A DNA stretch of 39,162 nt. It comes from an uncultured Methanosarcinales archaeon. Its GTDB lineage: Archaea; Nanobdellota; Nanobdellia; Woesearchaeales; CG1-02-33-12. The stretch lies in contig CAYWLA010000001.1 in NCBI GenBank assembly GCA_964458955.1, forward strand, positions 5,982 to 45,143, given 5' to 3'. The stretch's first letter is position 1; every line of letters begins with the position of its first letter. Both the position numbers and the translations under genes were made by a program. The notes under the pieces were generated by a model, which did not search any database, was not told the origin of the DNA, and was given only the letters and a program-made list of their open reading frames with translations. Shown one piece after another: positions 16,337 through 25,964 of this stretch.

Positions 16337-17611
16337 TTATATAAATTCATTTAATCCTTTTTGCTTATATTTATTAGCTTGTTTAACCTCTAAAACCTCT
16401 TCTTTTACATTTTTCTCAGAAAATAAAGGATAACCATACTCGCCATCAAAGCCTGGCTGGATTTTTATTTTTCCATTGCGGATATTAATTATTGCCTCTG
16501 CAGTCTTTTCATTGGCTATCTTTTTTAATTCATTAAATGATAAATCAAGCAGAACATCCATTTCCGACCTTGACTCATTAACTAAATCATAGTATGCTTT
16601 CCATGTCTTTTGTGTTGCAATTCCTGAATCCAGCAGCTTTGATAAAATTTCTGACAATGGAATCAATGATCTGAATGGAACAGCATCTTTCGGCCTAAAG
16701 CCAGCAGGTCTGTCAGCAAGTTCCTCAACTCTGTGCAATACCCCTATTGTTAATTTTCTTTTGCAAACAGGGCAAACATCCTTGTGTTTTAATGATTCAT
16801 TTGGGCTCATACACACATTGCAGTTTCTATGTCCATCAAAGTGATATTTTCCATAACTTGGGTCAACCTCTATTGTCTCAACTAAGCCTCGTTTTGTTTT
16901 TATTGCGTTTAACAATGAATCATAAGTTAATTCTTTTAAATCAAAGATATTGCACTCTCGGCCAATGCGCCAGGGCCAGAAAGAATGCAAATCAGAATTG
17001 CTTATTAATGTATATTTATCTAAAGAGCTTAATCTCCAGTTCATTGCAGGGTCTGAGCTAAGCCCTGTTTCTAAAGCATGAATATGTTTTGTCTGGTCTT
17101 TAAAACATTCTTGCACACTGTCAAAGCCTGATTTTGAGCCAAACAATCCAAACCAGGGAGTCCAGACATGCGCAGGAATTATTTCTATATCCTTGTCAAT
17201 CTCTTTCATCATCTCAACAAACTCAGGGCAGTTTATTCCAAAGATTGGCCTGCCGTCGTAATCAACACGGCCTAATTTCTTTAGCTGTTCTGTTATCTGT
17301 GAGACAATATCAAAATTCTTTGCAAGAACAATATTATGGATTTTTCTTGACTTTTCATCCTGAGTGTACATTAAAGAGATTTCTGTCTGAAGAATAAAAT
17401 TAAAGCCTGTTTTTGTCTTTAAAATTCCTGTTCCATCTTCTGTAAGCTCTGATTTAAGCTCTTTAATCCATAAAGGATGAGTAAAGTCGCCTGTGCCTAG
17501 AAGAGTGGGGCCCTTAAGCCTCGCATATTTTTCAAGATTTTGAATATTTAATTGTTTGGAAGTGGCCCTGCTATATTTAGAATGAATGTGCAAGTCAGCA
17601 ATTATTCTCAT
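16337..17611 (-). CDS. Endonuclease Q-like PHP-domain nuclease (cleaves 5' of dU/hypoxanthine/AP sites in characterised members)
   Basis: ADLHIHSKYSRATS PHP start, ETGLSSD, SNSDLHS, DPSYGKYHFDGH, and a zinc finger CNVC...CPVCKRKLTIGVLHRVEELADRP. At 424 aa the size matches archaeal EndoQ as I remember it. Confidence 0.7.
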   Translation of the reverse strand: MRIIADLHIHSKYSRATSKQLNIQNLEKYARLKGPTLLGTGDFTHPLWIKELKSELTEDGTGILKTKTGFNFILQTEISLMYTQDEKSRKIHNIVLAKNFDIVSQITEQLKKLGRVDYDGRPIFGINCPEFVEMMKEIDKDIEIIPAHVWTPWFGLFGSKSGFDSVQECFKDQTKHIHALETGLSSDPAMNWRLSSLDKYTLISNSDLHSFWPWRIGRECNIFDLKELTYDSLLNAIKTKRGLVETIEVDPSYGKYHFDGHRNCNVCMSPNESLKHKDVCPVCKRKLTIGVLHRVEELADRPAGFRPKDAVPFRSLIPLSEILSKLLDSGIATQKTWKAYYDLVNESRSEMDVLLDLSFNELKKIANEKTAEAIINIRNGKIKIQPGFDGEYGYPLFSEKNVKEEVLEVKQANKYKQKGLNEFI

Positions 17612-17875
17612 TTGCCTTAATAAAACAGATTTATATAAAAAAGTTGCTATAACTTTCGTAGCACTGCTATATTTTTTATAATACTTAAAAAATAATAATC
17701 TTTAAATACTACCTATCAAACTATTTTCAAATTTAAGTTAGTAATAAGGGGAGGATGTTTATTGTAATTAACAAATGCAAAAAAATATCTGGCTTGGACT
17801 TTTGTATTATTTGACCTTGTATTCTGATCTTTCTAGTTTGAGCTACTTCAATTTTGATAAAATAATGGAGTCAAA

Positions 17876-18442
17876 ATGAAATGCAATAGTAACCACCATA
17901 TAAAAAACAAAAACCTTCTTGTAGGGAATAGGATACCAAAAGACTTTTTTATTACAATAGGTAAGGGAGAAAGTGACATAACTATCCATGCAGGTTCATA
18001 CCATCTGGCCCTTAAGCAGGCTGATATTGAAATGTGTAATATAATTACTTATTCATCAATCCTTCCTGCAATCTCGAGAGAAGTCAAAAGGCCAAAAAAA
18101 TTAGTTCATGGTTCAGTCATGGAAACAATCATGGCTGTTGCAAATTGCAGAAAAAAGGAATCATGCATAGTAGGCATAATTTTTGGATGGCTTTATGACA
18201 GAAAATCAAATGAAAAATATGGCGGGCTGGTATGTGAGTACAACGGCTCCCTTTCCGAAAAGATGGCAGAAAAACAACTGAAAAAAAGCCTAAATGAGTT
18301 ATACACAAACGGATATTCTAAAAAATATTCCTTAAAGGACACCAAGATAATCCTAAACAGTATCTCTCCGAAAAAAGAATTTGGGACGGCAATAGTTGCT
18401 TTATGCTTCATAAATTATATTTACCCTTATTTACATGATTAA
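17876..18442 (+). CDS. pdaD: Pyruvoyl-dependent arginine decarboxylase proenzyme
   Basis: IPKDFFITIGKGES and the self-cleavage site context ITYSSILP (Ser-Ser). Confidence 0.85.
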   Translation: MKCNSNHHIKNKNLLVGNRIPKDFFITIGKGESDITIHAGSYHLALKQADIEMCNIITYSSILPAISREVKRPKKLVHGSVMETIMAVANCRKKESCIVGIIFGWLYDRKSNEKYGGLVCEYNGSLSEKMAEKQLKKSLNELYTNGYSKKYSLKDTKIILNSISPKKEFGTAIVALCFINYIYPYLHD

Positions 18443-19310
18443 GATGAAAGGAAAAAAAAACTATTGCGGGCTCCCTGATGAATACTGTAATGAGAGCAAT
18501 TCAAAAATAGTAGTAATTCCTGTGCCTTATGATAAAACCAGCACATGGATTAAGGGAGCTGATAATGGCCCGTCTGCAATTCTAGAGGCATCTGCAAATA
18601 TGGAGCTCTACGACATAGAGACAGACTCAGAAATTTATAAGTCTGGAATTTACACTGCGAGCCCGGTAGTCGAGTCTGCTTCTTCTGAAAAAATGATGAA
18701 TTCTGTTAAAAACAAGGTCAATAATTATATCAAAAAAGGAAAATTTGCAGTTGTTTTGGGCGGAGAACACTCTATAAGTATAGGCTCAATAAAAGCACAT
18801 GTTGAAAATTATAATAATCTTTGTGTATTGCAGTTGGATGCCCATTCTGACCTGAGAGACAGCTACAATGGCTCCAAATACAGCCATGCCTGCGTAATGG
18901 CGAGGGCAAGAGAAATATGCCCTATAGTGCAAGTCGGCATTAGGAGCATTGATTCGTCCGAGTTTAAAGTAATGAACAAAGAAAGAGTATTTTTTGCAAA
19001 AGATATCCAAAAAAATAAAGAATGGGTTAAGGGGGTAGTTAGACTTTTATCTGATAAAGTTTATTTAACTATTGATTTAGATGTTCTTGATCCCTCCATA
19101 ATGCCTTCAACAGGCACGCCGGAGCCAGGAGGTTTATTGTGGTATGATATATTGGCATTGTTGAAAGAGGTTATTGATAAAAAAGAGCTGGTCGGTTTTG
19201 ATATTGTTGAATTATGCCCTAACCCAGCAAACAAAGCGCCAGACTTCTTGGCTTCAAAATTATTATATAAAATTTTAAGTTATAAATTTGGAGGATGCAA
19301 AAATGAATAA
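18435..19310 (+). CDS. speB: Agmatinase (ureohydrolase family)
   Basis: GGEHSIS, QLDAHSDL and TIDLDVLDPS, which are the Mn-binding arginase-family motifs. It overlaps pdaD by 8 nt. Confidence 0.85.
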   Translation: MIKMKGKKNYCGLPDEYCNESNSKIVVIPVPYDKTSTWIKGADNGPSAILEASANMELYDIETDSEIYKSGIYTASPVVESASSEKMMNSVKNKVNNYIKKGKFAVVLGGEHSISIGSIKAHVENYNNLCVLQLDAHSDLRDSYNGSKYSHACVMARAREICPIVQVGIRSIDSSEFKVMNKERVFFAKDIQKNKEWVKGVVRLLSDKVYLTIDLDVLDPSIMPSTGTPEPGGLLWYDILALLKEVIDKKELVGFDIVELCPNPANKAPDFLASKLLYKILSYKFGGCKNE

Positions 19311-20319
19311 AAAAGATTTCCTGAAAGAAACTGTTAAGCATATTGATATAAAGGCAGTTGATTCAACTAAAATAATAGACTCTATGAGGGAGATGTCTTT
19401 TACAAGCAGGGATACTGCAAGAGCTGCTGACATATTAAATAAAATGATTAATAACAAGGAATGTACAATCATTTTAACTCTCGCTGGAAGCACAAGCGCT
19501 GCAGGATGCATGCAGGTCTATGTAGATATGGTAAAAAATAAGATGGTGGATGTAATTGTAGCTACAGGAGCGTCTATAGTTGATATGGACTTTTTTGAAG
19601 CATTGGGGTTTAAGCATTACAAAGGAAGCCCATATGCAGAGGATAAGCAATTAAGAAAGCTTTACATAGACAGGATATATGATACTTTTATTGATGAAGA
19701 AGAACTGCAGGTTTGCGACAAAACAATAAAAAATATTGCTGATTCTCTTGAAAAAAGGCCTTATTCCTCAAGGGAATTCATATTAGAGATGGGGAAGTAC
19801 CTTACAGTTCATTCAAAAAAGAAGGATTCTCTTGTTCAAACAGCATATGAAAACAATGTACCCATCTTCTGCCCGGCATTTTCAGATTCAAGTGCGGGTT
19901 TTGGATTGGTTTTGCACCAGTGGGAAAATAGAGATAAGCATGTATCAATAGATTCTGTTAAGGATTTTCTTGAACTTACCCAAATAAAAATGAAAACCAA
20001 GTCAACAGGATTATTCATGATAGGTGGAGGAGTTCCAAAGAATTTTGCCCAGGATACTGTGGTTTGTGCCGAAGTATTGGGAAAGAAAGTATCTATGCAC
20101 AAATATGCTGTGCAAATAACTGTGGCTGATGTCAGGGATGGGGCATGCTCCAGTTCCACATTAAAAGAGGCATCATCATGGGGAAAAGTGGAAACTATTT
20201 TTGAGCAGATGGTTTATGCAGAGGCCACAAGCGTACTTCCCTTGATTATAAGCTATGTTTACCATAAGAAAGATTGGAAAGAAAGAAAAAAAATGGAATG
20301 GAGCAGGATTTTTGAGTAA
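19303..20319 (+). CDS. dys: Deoxyhypusine synthase
   Basis: GGGVPKNF and EASSWGKV (catalytic Lys context). The start is set at the ATG preceded by GGAGG plus 8 nt (the ORF track uses an upstream TTG). It overlaps the speB stop (ATGAATAA). Confidence 0.85.
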   Translation: MNKKDFLKETVKHIDIKAVDSTKIIDSMREMSFTSRDTARAADILNKMINNKECTIILTLAGSTSAAGCMQVYVDMVKNKMVDVIVATGASIVDMDFFEALGFKHYKGSPYAEDKQLRKLYIDRIYDTFIDEEELQVCDKTIKNIADSLEKRPYSSREFILEMGKYLTVHSKKKDSLVQTAYENNVPIFCPAFSDSSAGFGLVLHQWENRDKHVSIDSVKDFLELTQIKMKTKSTGLFMIGGGVPKNFAQDTVVCAEVLGKKVSMHKYAVQITVADVRDGACSSSTLKEASSWGKVETIFEQMVYAEATSVLPLIISYVYHKKDWKERKKMEWSRIFE

Positions 20320-20351
20320 ATTTTGCTTAATTAACCTCAATAATTAGATGC

Positions 20352-20756
20352 TCAAATTAAAGTAGAAAAATATTCTATGATTTTTTTCTTAACTTCCTCA
20401 GGATATAATAATAATTTTTGCAAATCCTCTTTATGCACCCACTCCGGATGATACTGATTGTTTTTATTTATTCTTTGTAATTCGGGACCGCCAAGCTTTA
20501 GCTCTCCAGAGAATTTTTTTGCAAGAAAATAAATTCCATTGTGCCAAGAATCATTAACCTTGCAGAGAACCTTACCTAATTCAACATTAAGGTTAGTTTC
20601 CTCTTTTATTTCCCTTACTGCTGCTTCCTCTGGATTTTCATCCTCTTCAATTGTGCCTCCAGGGATTACATAATACTCTTTTCCTTTTTTTATTCTGCGC
20701 AGAAGCAATATTCTGTCTCTATCAATAATTATTACAGCAGCCCTATCATGTATCAT
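20352..20756 (-). CDS. NUDIX hydrolase
   Basis: Nudix box GGTIEEDENPEEAAVREIKEETNL. Confidence 0.85.
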   Translation of the reverse strand: MIHDRAAVIIIDRDRILLLRRIKKGKEYYVIPGGTIEEDENPEEAAVREIKEETNLNVELGKVLCKVNDSWHNGIYFLAKKFSGELKLGGPELQRINKNNQYHPEWVHKEDLQKLLLYPEEVKKKIIEYFSTLI

Positions 20757-20829
20757 AAGAAAAATATTGTTTTGTTAGTTAATAAATTTATCTGATTTTT
20801 TGTTGAGAAATATTATCTTACTCTTTAAA

Positions 20830-21342
20830 CTACAGAGAAACAATCTTAGCATTGTTTGTTTTTGTGTCATAGATTGCCACTGTTATTTCATCAGAAAGCT
20901 CTGTTGCACATACGCCGCTTATTGAGCCTGGGTTAATATGAAGAGTTTTTCCCTTCTTTTCAATTGAGGCCATGTGATTATGGCCTGAAAAAACAGCATC
21001 ATATTTCTGTGATTCAATAAGGCCATTCAAGAGAATGTCAGACTGGCCGTGATAAGCCACAATATTTCTCCCATCTATTTCTTTTTCAAAACAGATATTA
21101 TGAAACTCAATCCCCATTTCTTTTACTTTTTCCCATGTGAGGAAATTGAACTTGTCGCCTTCATTATTGCCAAATACTGAAATTATCTTGCATTTAAGGC
21201 CCTTTGTAAATGGAGGCATAAAAGGAGAAACCCAGTCGCCGCAGTGGATTACAAGGCCCACTTTCTTTTTGTTGAATAAATCAACAGCCTTCAAGAGGTT
21301 TCTTGCATTGTCATGTGTGTCAGATATTATTCCGATTAACAT
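20830..21342 (-). CDS. MJ0936/YfcE-family metallophosphoesterase
   Basis: ISDTHDN, HCGDW, GNNEGD and GHNH motifs; 170 aa. Confidence 0.8.
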   Translation of the reverse strand: MLIGIISDTHDNARNLLKAVDLFNKKKVGLVIHCGDWVSPFMPPFTKGLKCKIISVFGNNEGDKFNFLTWEKVKEMGIEFHNICFEKEIDGRNIVAYHGQSDILLNGLIESQKYDAVFSGHNHMASIEKKGKTLHINPGSISGVCATELSDEITVAIYDTKTNNAKIVSL

Positions 21343-21377
21343 ATCACTTAAATTGAGAAATTAGTTTAAATAATTTG

Positions 21378-23186
21378 CTATTTGTAAATTTCGTTTATCA
21401 GCTCAACATACATTGCAGCAGACCATGCCTGGGCCAGGCAGCCTTCTGATCTTAGCTCTTTAGAGCTTGACAATTCTGCATGATGGCCTATTGCTCCCTG
21501 CCACAAAATCTCTTTTGTGCTTGCTTGTAATATTTTATCAATATATTTTTTGTATTTTTTCTTATCCAATCTATACAAAGTAATTGCAGCAAGGTTGTTT
21601 ATCCAGAACCATGAATCACCATTGTGATAGCTTTCATTAATTTCCCCTGTATGCTCTTGTCTAAACAAAGAATTATTTTTGTCTATTGTTGAAACTCCGC
21701 CCCAATTATTCCACAAGCTTTTTAATGCATTATCAAAGCATGTAATCCATTCTTTTTTTGCCAGAAGTTCAGGATACATGTAATATGCAATAAACACATT
21801 TGGCCTTATAGTAAAATCATCTAACCCATCTGCAAGATATTTTTTGTTCCAAAACTTATCCATAACCTCTTTTTTTAAACTATCTTCAAGCTCTTGATAG
21901 ATTTTGTTATTTGTAAGCTCATACATCAGCTTATACATGCTTAGCTGCATTGCCTGAATTTCTATCCTGAAACCATCTCTCTGCAGGCTATCCATCCATG
22001 TTTCTTTTGCATTATTCAAGACAAGATGCTCCCTTGTGTGATATTTTATCATAAAATCAAGAGAATGCCCAATTCTTCCTTTTATCTCTTCAATTTCATT
22101 TTTTGTAAATTGCTTTTCAAGAATTTTTTTATTTTTTAAGATACAAATCAAGTTTTCTGCTCTTTTTGAAACCCAGCCAGCAGAGTCAGCGCTTCTTAAT
22201 AAAGAGCCTAGCTTTGTTGGAAGCTTTCCATCATGCAAAACAGATTTCAGATGCCTAAACAAAATATTTTTTGCTAAACTAAAATTCTCGCATAACATCA
22301 AGGCCTTTAATGAGATGGCCTCATCTCTTGTCCAAAACTGGAAAAACCATGGCAGACCAGCAAAAATGCCTTTATTATCAACAACCAATGAATCAAGAGA
22401 GCTTATTGTGCAAGAATATGCCATCATAACTTCATTTTTAATATTCTTTCTTAATTTTAATAAGTTATCATAATAATCTTTTTGCTTTTTTCTTAAACTT
22501 TCAATATTCCTAAAAACATAATCTGCCTCTTTTTTTGCCTTTTCCTTGTTTTTTGAGAAACTGAAGACAACCTTTTCTGTCTTTAAAGTTAGCGCCGAAA
22601 AAATATATCTTTCATAAGGCATTGAATTCCTTTTTTTGTCAAATTCATAATTTCTTTTTTCCCATTCTTCAACTTTCTTGAACATGCCCTCAAACTTAAG
22701 CACTAAGAATAAAGAATATTCTTCCCTGTCATCAGAGCTGTCTTCCCTTGAATCTGTTTTTTTAACAAACTTAACTATTATTTTATCATCTTCCTGCCAA
22801 ATAGTATAAAATCTGCCCCACTGCCTTTGATCATAGCTCTTTTTTGCATCAAGGACTATTTCAATATTACTTGGCTGGGTTATCTCATAAACTAATGAAT
22901 CATAATTGTGGGGCATAAAAAATGTTTCAGTTGCACTGTCATATTCCCTTTTGATTTCATAAAATTTATTGGTTATCTTGCCTGCCTTGGAAGAACCAAC
23001 TATATGTAGGCTTTCAATAACCTTATACATTTTGTCATCAAAAAAGAAAAGCCCGTCATATCTGCTTTTATCCTTGTTAGCAAAACAAAAATATCCTCCC
23101 TTCCTGTTTGTAATCAGAAGCCTGGTATCTTTAGCTGATTTGCTTTCTATCTTGTGATTATTTAATAAATGAACTATCTTTACCAT
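21378..23186 (-). CDS. Glycogen debranching enzyme (amylo-alpha-1,6-glucosidase, GDE_C-type)
   Basis: FWTRDEAISLKAL, GFRIEIQA, HNGDSWFWINN and AQAWSAA, which are typical of the archaeal/bacterial GDE (alpha/alpha)6 domain. Confidence 0.75.
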   Translation of the reverse strand: MVKIVHLLNNHKIESKSAKDTRLLITNRKGGYFCFANKDKSRYDGLFFFDDKMYKVIESLHIVGSSKAGKITNKFYEIKREYDSATETFFMPHNYDSLVYEITQPSNIEIVLDAKKSYDQRQWGRFYTIWQEDDKIIVKFVKKTDSREDSSDDREEYSLFLVLKFEGMFKKVEEWEKRNYEFDKKRNSMPYERYIFSALTLKTEKVVFSFSKNKEKAKKEADYVFRNIESLRKKQKDYYDNLLKLRKNIKNEVMMAYSCTISSLDSLVVDNKGIFAGLPWFFQFWTRDEAISLKALMLCENFSLAKNILFRHLKSVLHDGKLPTKLGSLLRSADSAGWVSKRAENLICILKNKKILEKQFTKNEIEEIKGRIGHSLDFMIKYHTREHLVLNNAKETWMDSLQRDGFRIEIQAMQLSMYKLMYELTNNKIYQELEDSLKKEVMDKFWNKKYLADGLDDFTIRPNVFIAYYMYPELLAKKEWITCFDNALKSLWNNWGGVSTIDKNNSLFRQEHTGEINESYHNGDSWFWINNLAAITLYRLDKKKYKKYIDKILQASTKEILWQGAIGHHAELSSSKELRSEGCLAQAWSAAMYVELINEIYK

Positions 23187-23233
23187 TTTATTGAGCAGAA
23201 AAACTAAATTCAGATATATTTTTTTATCTTTTT

Positions 23234-24175
23234 TTATTCCTCTCCCCTGTAAAATTTTGCAGCATCTTCCGGGCTTACAGAATTTATTGTTGCATTTGTT
23301 GCCAGCTCAAAACCAGCCCATGTTGCAAGCCTTGGGCATATTTCAATATGAAAGTGCAAATCTTTATCATCAGGAGCATAATGCAGGAAAAAATTGTATG
23401 GAAGATTTATTTTCCTTAGCTTTAGCAGGACTTTTTTAAGCATAGAAGCTAAATCATTTAGTTTAGTTTCATCCATTTCTGTTATACTTCTTATGTGCTC
23501 TTTTGGAAATATCCAGATTTCATAATTGAATCTTGAGGCATAGGGTGTAAAGCTTACAAAATTATTATTTTCAAAGACTCTTCTGTAACTGTTTTTCTCA
23601 ATATTGATTATCTCACAATAAGGGCATGTTCCATAAGTTCTGGCTGCATTAACCTCTTGTTCAACAAGAACAGGAACTTTGTTATAAGTCATAACCTGTG
23701 TGTGCGAATGAATTAATGAGGTTCCTGCTTCCATTCCTTCATTCTTGAAGACAATTACATATTTTGTGCCATCTGTTTTACTTAATTCAGTTATCCTGTT
23801 AGCATATACCTTTAAAATTTCTTTTATACGCTCTTCTGATAAATCAGCCAGCTGCTTATTATGGTCAGGTGTTTCAACTATTACCTCATGTATTCCAAAT
23901 GCATCAGCATATGTGAAATACTTGTTTGTACTTCTTATTGAAGGGCTTCCCTCATGGCTTACAGCAGGGAACTTGTTTGGAAACCACCTTATAATCCACT
24001 TGCCATCTTTTTCAATCCTTCCAGTTTCCGTTGGGGTGAGATTTTCATTGCCAGGGCAGAAATAGCAAATTCCTTCTTTTTTTGCCTTGATTTTTTTAAA
24101 TTCTTTTGGCCTTTTCTTTCTTTCAGAAGCGATAATAACCCATCTATCTAAAATATAATCCTTTCTAAGCTCCAT
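23234..24175 (-). CDS. galT: Galactose-1-phosphate uridylyltransferase family (class I GalT / hexose-1-P nucleotidyltransferase)
   Basis: CYFCPGNE zinc motif and the HSHTQV (HxHxQ) active site. The ATG abuts the stop of the upstream synthase gene. Confidence 0.8.
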   Translation of the reverse strand: MELRKDYILDRWVIIASERKKRPKEFKKIKAKKEGICYFCPGNENLTPTETGRIEKDGKWIIRWFPNKFPAVSHEGSPSIRSTNKYFTYADAFGIHEVIVETPDHNKQLADLSEERIKEILKVYANRITELSKTDGTKYVIVFKNEGMEAGTSLIHSHTQVMTYNKVPVLVEQEVNAARTYGTCPYCEIINIEKNSYRRVFENNNFVSFTPYASRFNYEIWIFPKEHIRSITEMDETKLNDLASMLKKVLLKLRKINLPYNFFLHYAPDDKDLHFHIEICPRLATWAGFELATNATINSVSPEDAAKFYRGEE

Positions 24176-25963
24176 TTAACCAAGCCTCTTTACAGCAAGA
24201 TTATGTGCTTCAATATAATTATTAATCAAAACATCCCAATCAGCCAATGAAGCTAATCTTTGCGCTTCCATCTTGTTTTTTATTCTGTCCTGCTTTGATA
24301 AATTGCTGAAATAATAAAAGGTATTAGTAAGCTCCTTAACAACCTCATCATCTTTTTTGCCTAGTCTTTTCAAAACAAATATGCCGGGATTTTTGCTTTG
24401 AACTGATTTTTCATTAACATATCTGCCAAATCCAGCTAAGTCAGTTGTTACAGATGAAACACCAAGTGCAGCTGCTTCTAAAGGTGTATAACCCCATGGT
24501 TCATAATATGATGGAAATACCCCTAAATGTGAGCCCTGCATGCATTCATAATAGCTTAAATCAAGCAGGCTATCTGCTCCTGTTAGATAAATTGGATAAA
24601 ACACAACCTTTACCCTGTCTTCTTTTTTGTTTAATAAGCCAGCTTCATTAAGGGATTTTATAATAGGATCATTCTGTTCATCATGCAAATCATGTGTTGA
24701 TAATGCAGGATTTCCTTTTTTCATAAGCTTCAAAACCTTTTTTTTATTTTCATGCATAAAATCTTCATTAAAAATTGTTTTTTCTGTAATGCCTTTTTTT
24801 GAAACCAGGGAATAGATTATATTATTTTTAATCTCATTTATATCATCATTAACAGAATCTTTTATATCTTCAAAAAATGCCCTGCTTTCTAATAATTCTG
24901 TTTTTATGCTTCTTATGTTTCCCGGAACCCAGAAAAAAGCAATAACTGTTTTTTTGGAATTATCTTTCTTTAGCTTTTCATTAAGCTTTGCCAATGCTTT
25001 TACAAATATGTCAATGCCCTTTGCCCTGAATTCATATCTTCCGCATAAGAAATAAAGAAGAGTATCATCAAGGTCAAATGAATAATATGGAAAAAAATAA
25101 TACAATAAAAACTCCTTTATTCTTTCCCTGTATAATCTATGTTTTATGGATGCTTCCTCAAATGTTGGGAATTTATTAAGGTTAAGGCCATTTGGCAAAA
25201 GAACATCTGGTTTTTTCCCAAGAAGGTGCTCTGCTTCCAGGCCTGTAATCTCGCTTACAGTTGTGAATACATCTGCATTTAATGCACTTTGCTTTTCTGT
25301 AAGATATTTTGCCTGAATGCCATAATCATAGGCCTTTTTTTCAGGATTTATCTTATCAAATGTTTCATAAAGCTCTTCATTTGCAAAAGACATTGTTCTT
25401 CCGAGTATTGTTGCATGTGTTGTAAAAACAGTTGCAACCTTGACATTATTTTGCTTTAGGTAAAGCAAGCCAGCCCCGGCCAGCCATTCATGGAATTGTG
25501 CAACAATTTTTTTATCATTAAAGGCATTTTTTATTTCCTCAAGAAGCTTTCCAACAGCATATGACCAAATAACAGGCTCATCAAAATCAAAATATTGTGT
25601 ATTGAGTGAGTCTATCTTGAAATTCTGCCACAAGCTTGTTTTTATTTCATCTTTTTTGGATGTAAACTCACTGAAATCAACCAGAATTGTGTTAGGCTCT
25701 CCCTTGATAAGCCAGCTGCCGTAATGGCATTTTATGCCTTGTTTTTGCAGTTTTTCAAATACATGTTTTAATTTATCTGAAGGAACTTTTTCCTGAAATT
25801 CACCAGCCACTTTTTCTGGAAAAAAAGGCCCTATTGCAAAATAATTTTCTTTGTAATAACTTATTGTTTCAGCAGCCTTTGATTTGACAACTGTGTAGAT
25901 GCCTCCAACCTTGTTGCATATTTCCCATGAAACCTCAAATAAATAATCTGCTTCTTTTTCCAT
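24176..25963 (-). CDS. Glycogen synthase, GT3 (eukaryote-type) family
   Basis: FEVSWEICNKVGGIYTVVKSKA matches the hallmark N-terminus of animal/fungal glycogen synthases (FEVAWEVANKVGGIYTV). The size is about 595 aa. The start is taken at MEKEADYLFEV, 1 nt after the regulator's stop. The alternative ATG at 25987 would add 8 aa. Confidence 0.8.
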   Translation of the reverse strand: MEKEADYLFEVSWEICNKVGGIYTVVKSKAAETISYYKENYFAIGPFFPEKVAGEFQEKVPSDKLKHVFEKLQKQGIKCHYGSWLIKGEPNTILVDFSEFTSKKDEIKTSLWQNFKIDSLNTQYFDFDEPVIWSYAVGKLLEEIKNAFNDKKIVAQFHEWLAGAGLLYLKQNNVKVATVFTTHATILGRTMSFANEELYETFDKINPEKKAYDYGIQAKYLTEKQSALNADVFTTVSEITGLEAEHLLGKKPDVLLPNGLNLNKFPTFEEASIKHRLYRERIKEFLLYYFFPYYSFDLDDTLLYFLCGRYEFRAKGIDIFVKALAKLNEKLKKDNSKKTVIAFFWVPGNIRSIKTELLESRAFFEDIKDSVNDDINEIKNNIIYSLVSKKGITEKTIFNEDFMHENKKKVLKLMKKGNPALSTHDLHDEQNDPIIKSLNEAGLLNKKEDRVKVVFYPIYLTGADSLLDLSYYECMQGSHLGVFPSYYEPWGYTPLEAAALGVSSVTTDLAGFGRYVNEKSVQSKNPGIFVLKRLGKKDDEVVKELTNTFYYFSNLSKQDRIKNKMEAQRLASLADWDVLINNYIEAHNLAVKRLG

Positions 25964-25964
25964 T

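Noticed and set aside
17755-17814. 19-codon uORF (MFIVINKCKKISGLDFCII) in the 264-bp leader region upstream of the pdaD-speB-dys operon; tempting as a polyamine-sensing leader peptide
   Set aside because: The GGGGAGG motif abuts the ATG with zero spacing, which is unfavourable. The peptide has no recognisable arrest motif, and there is no way to test conservation here.
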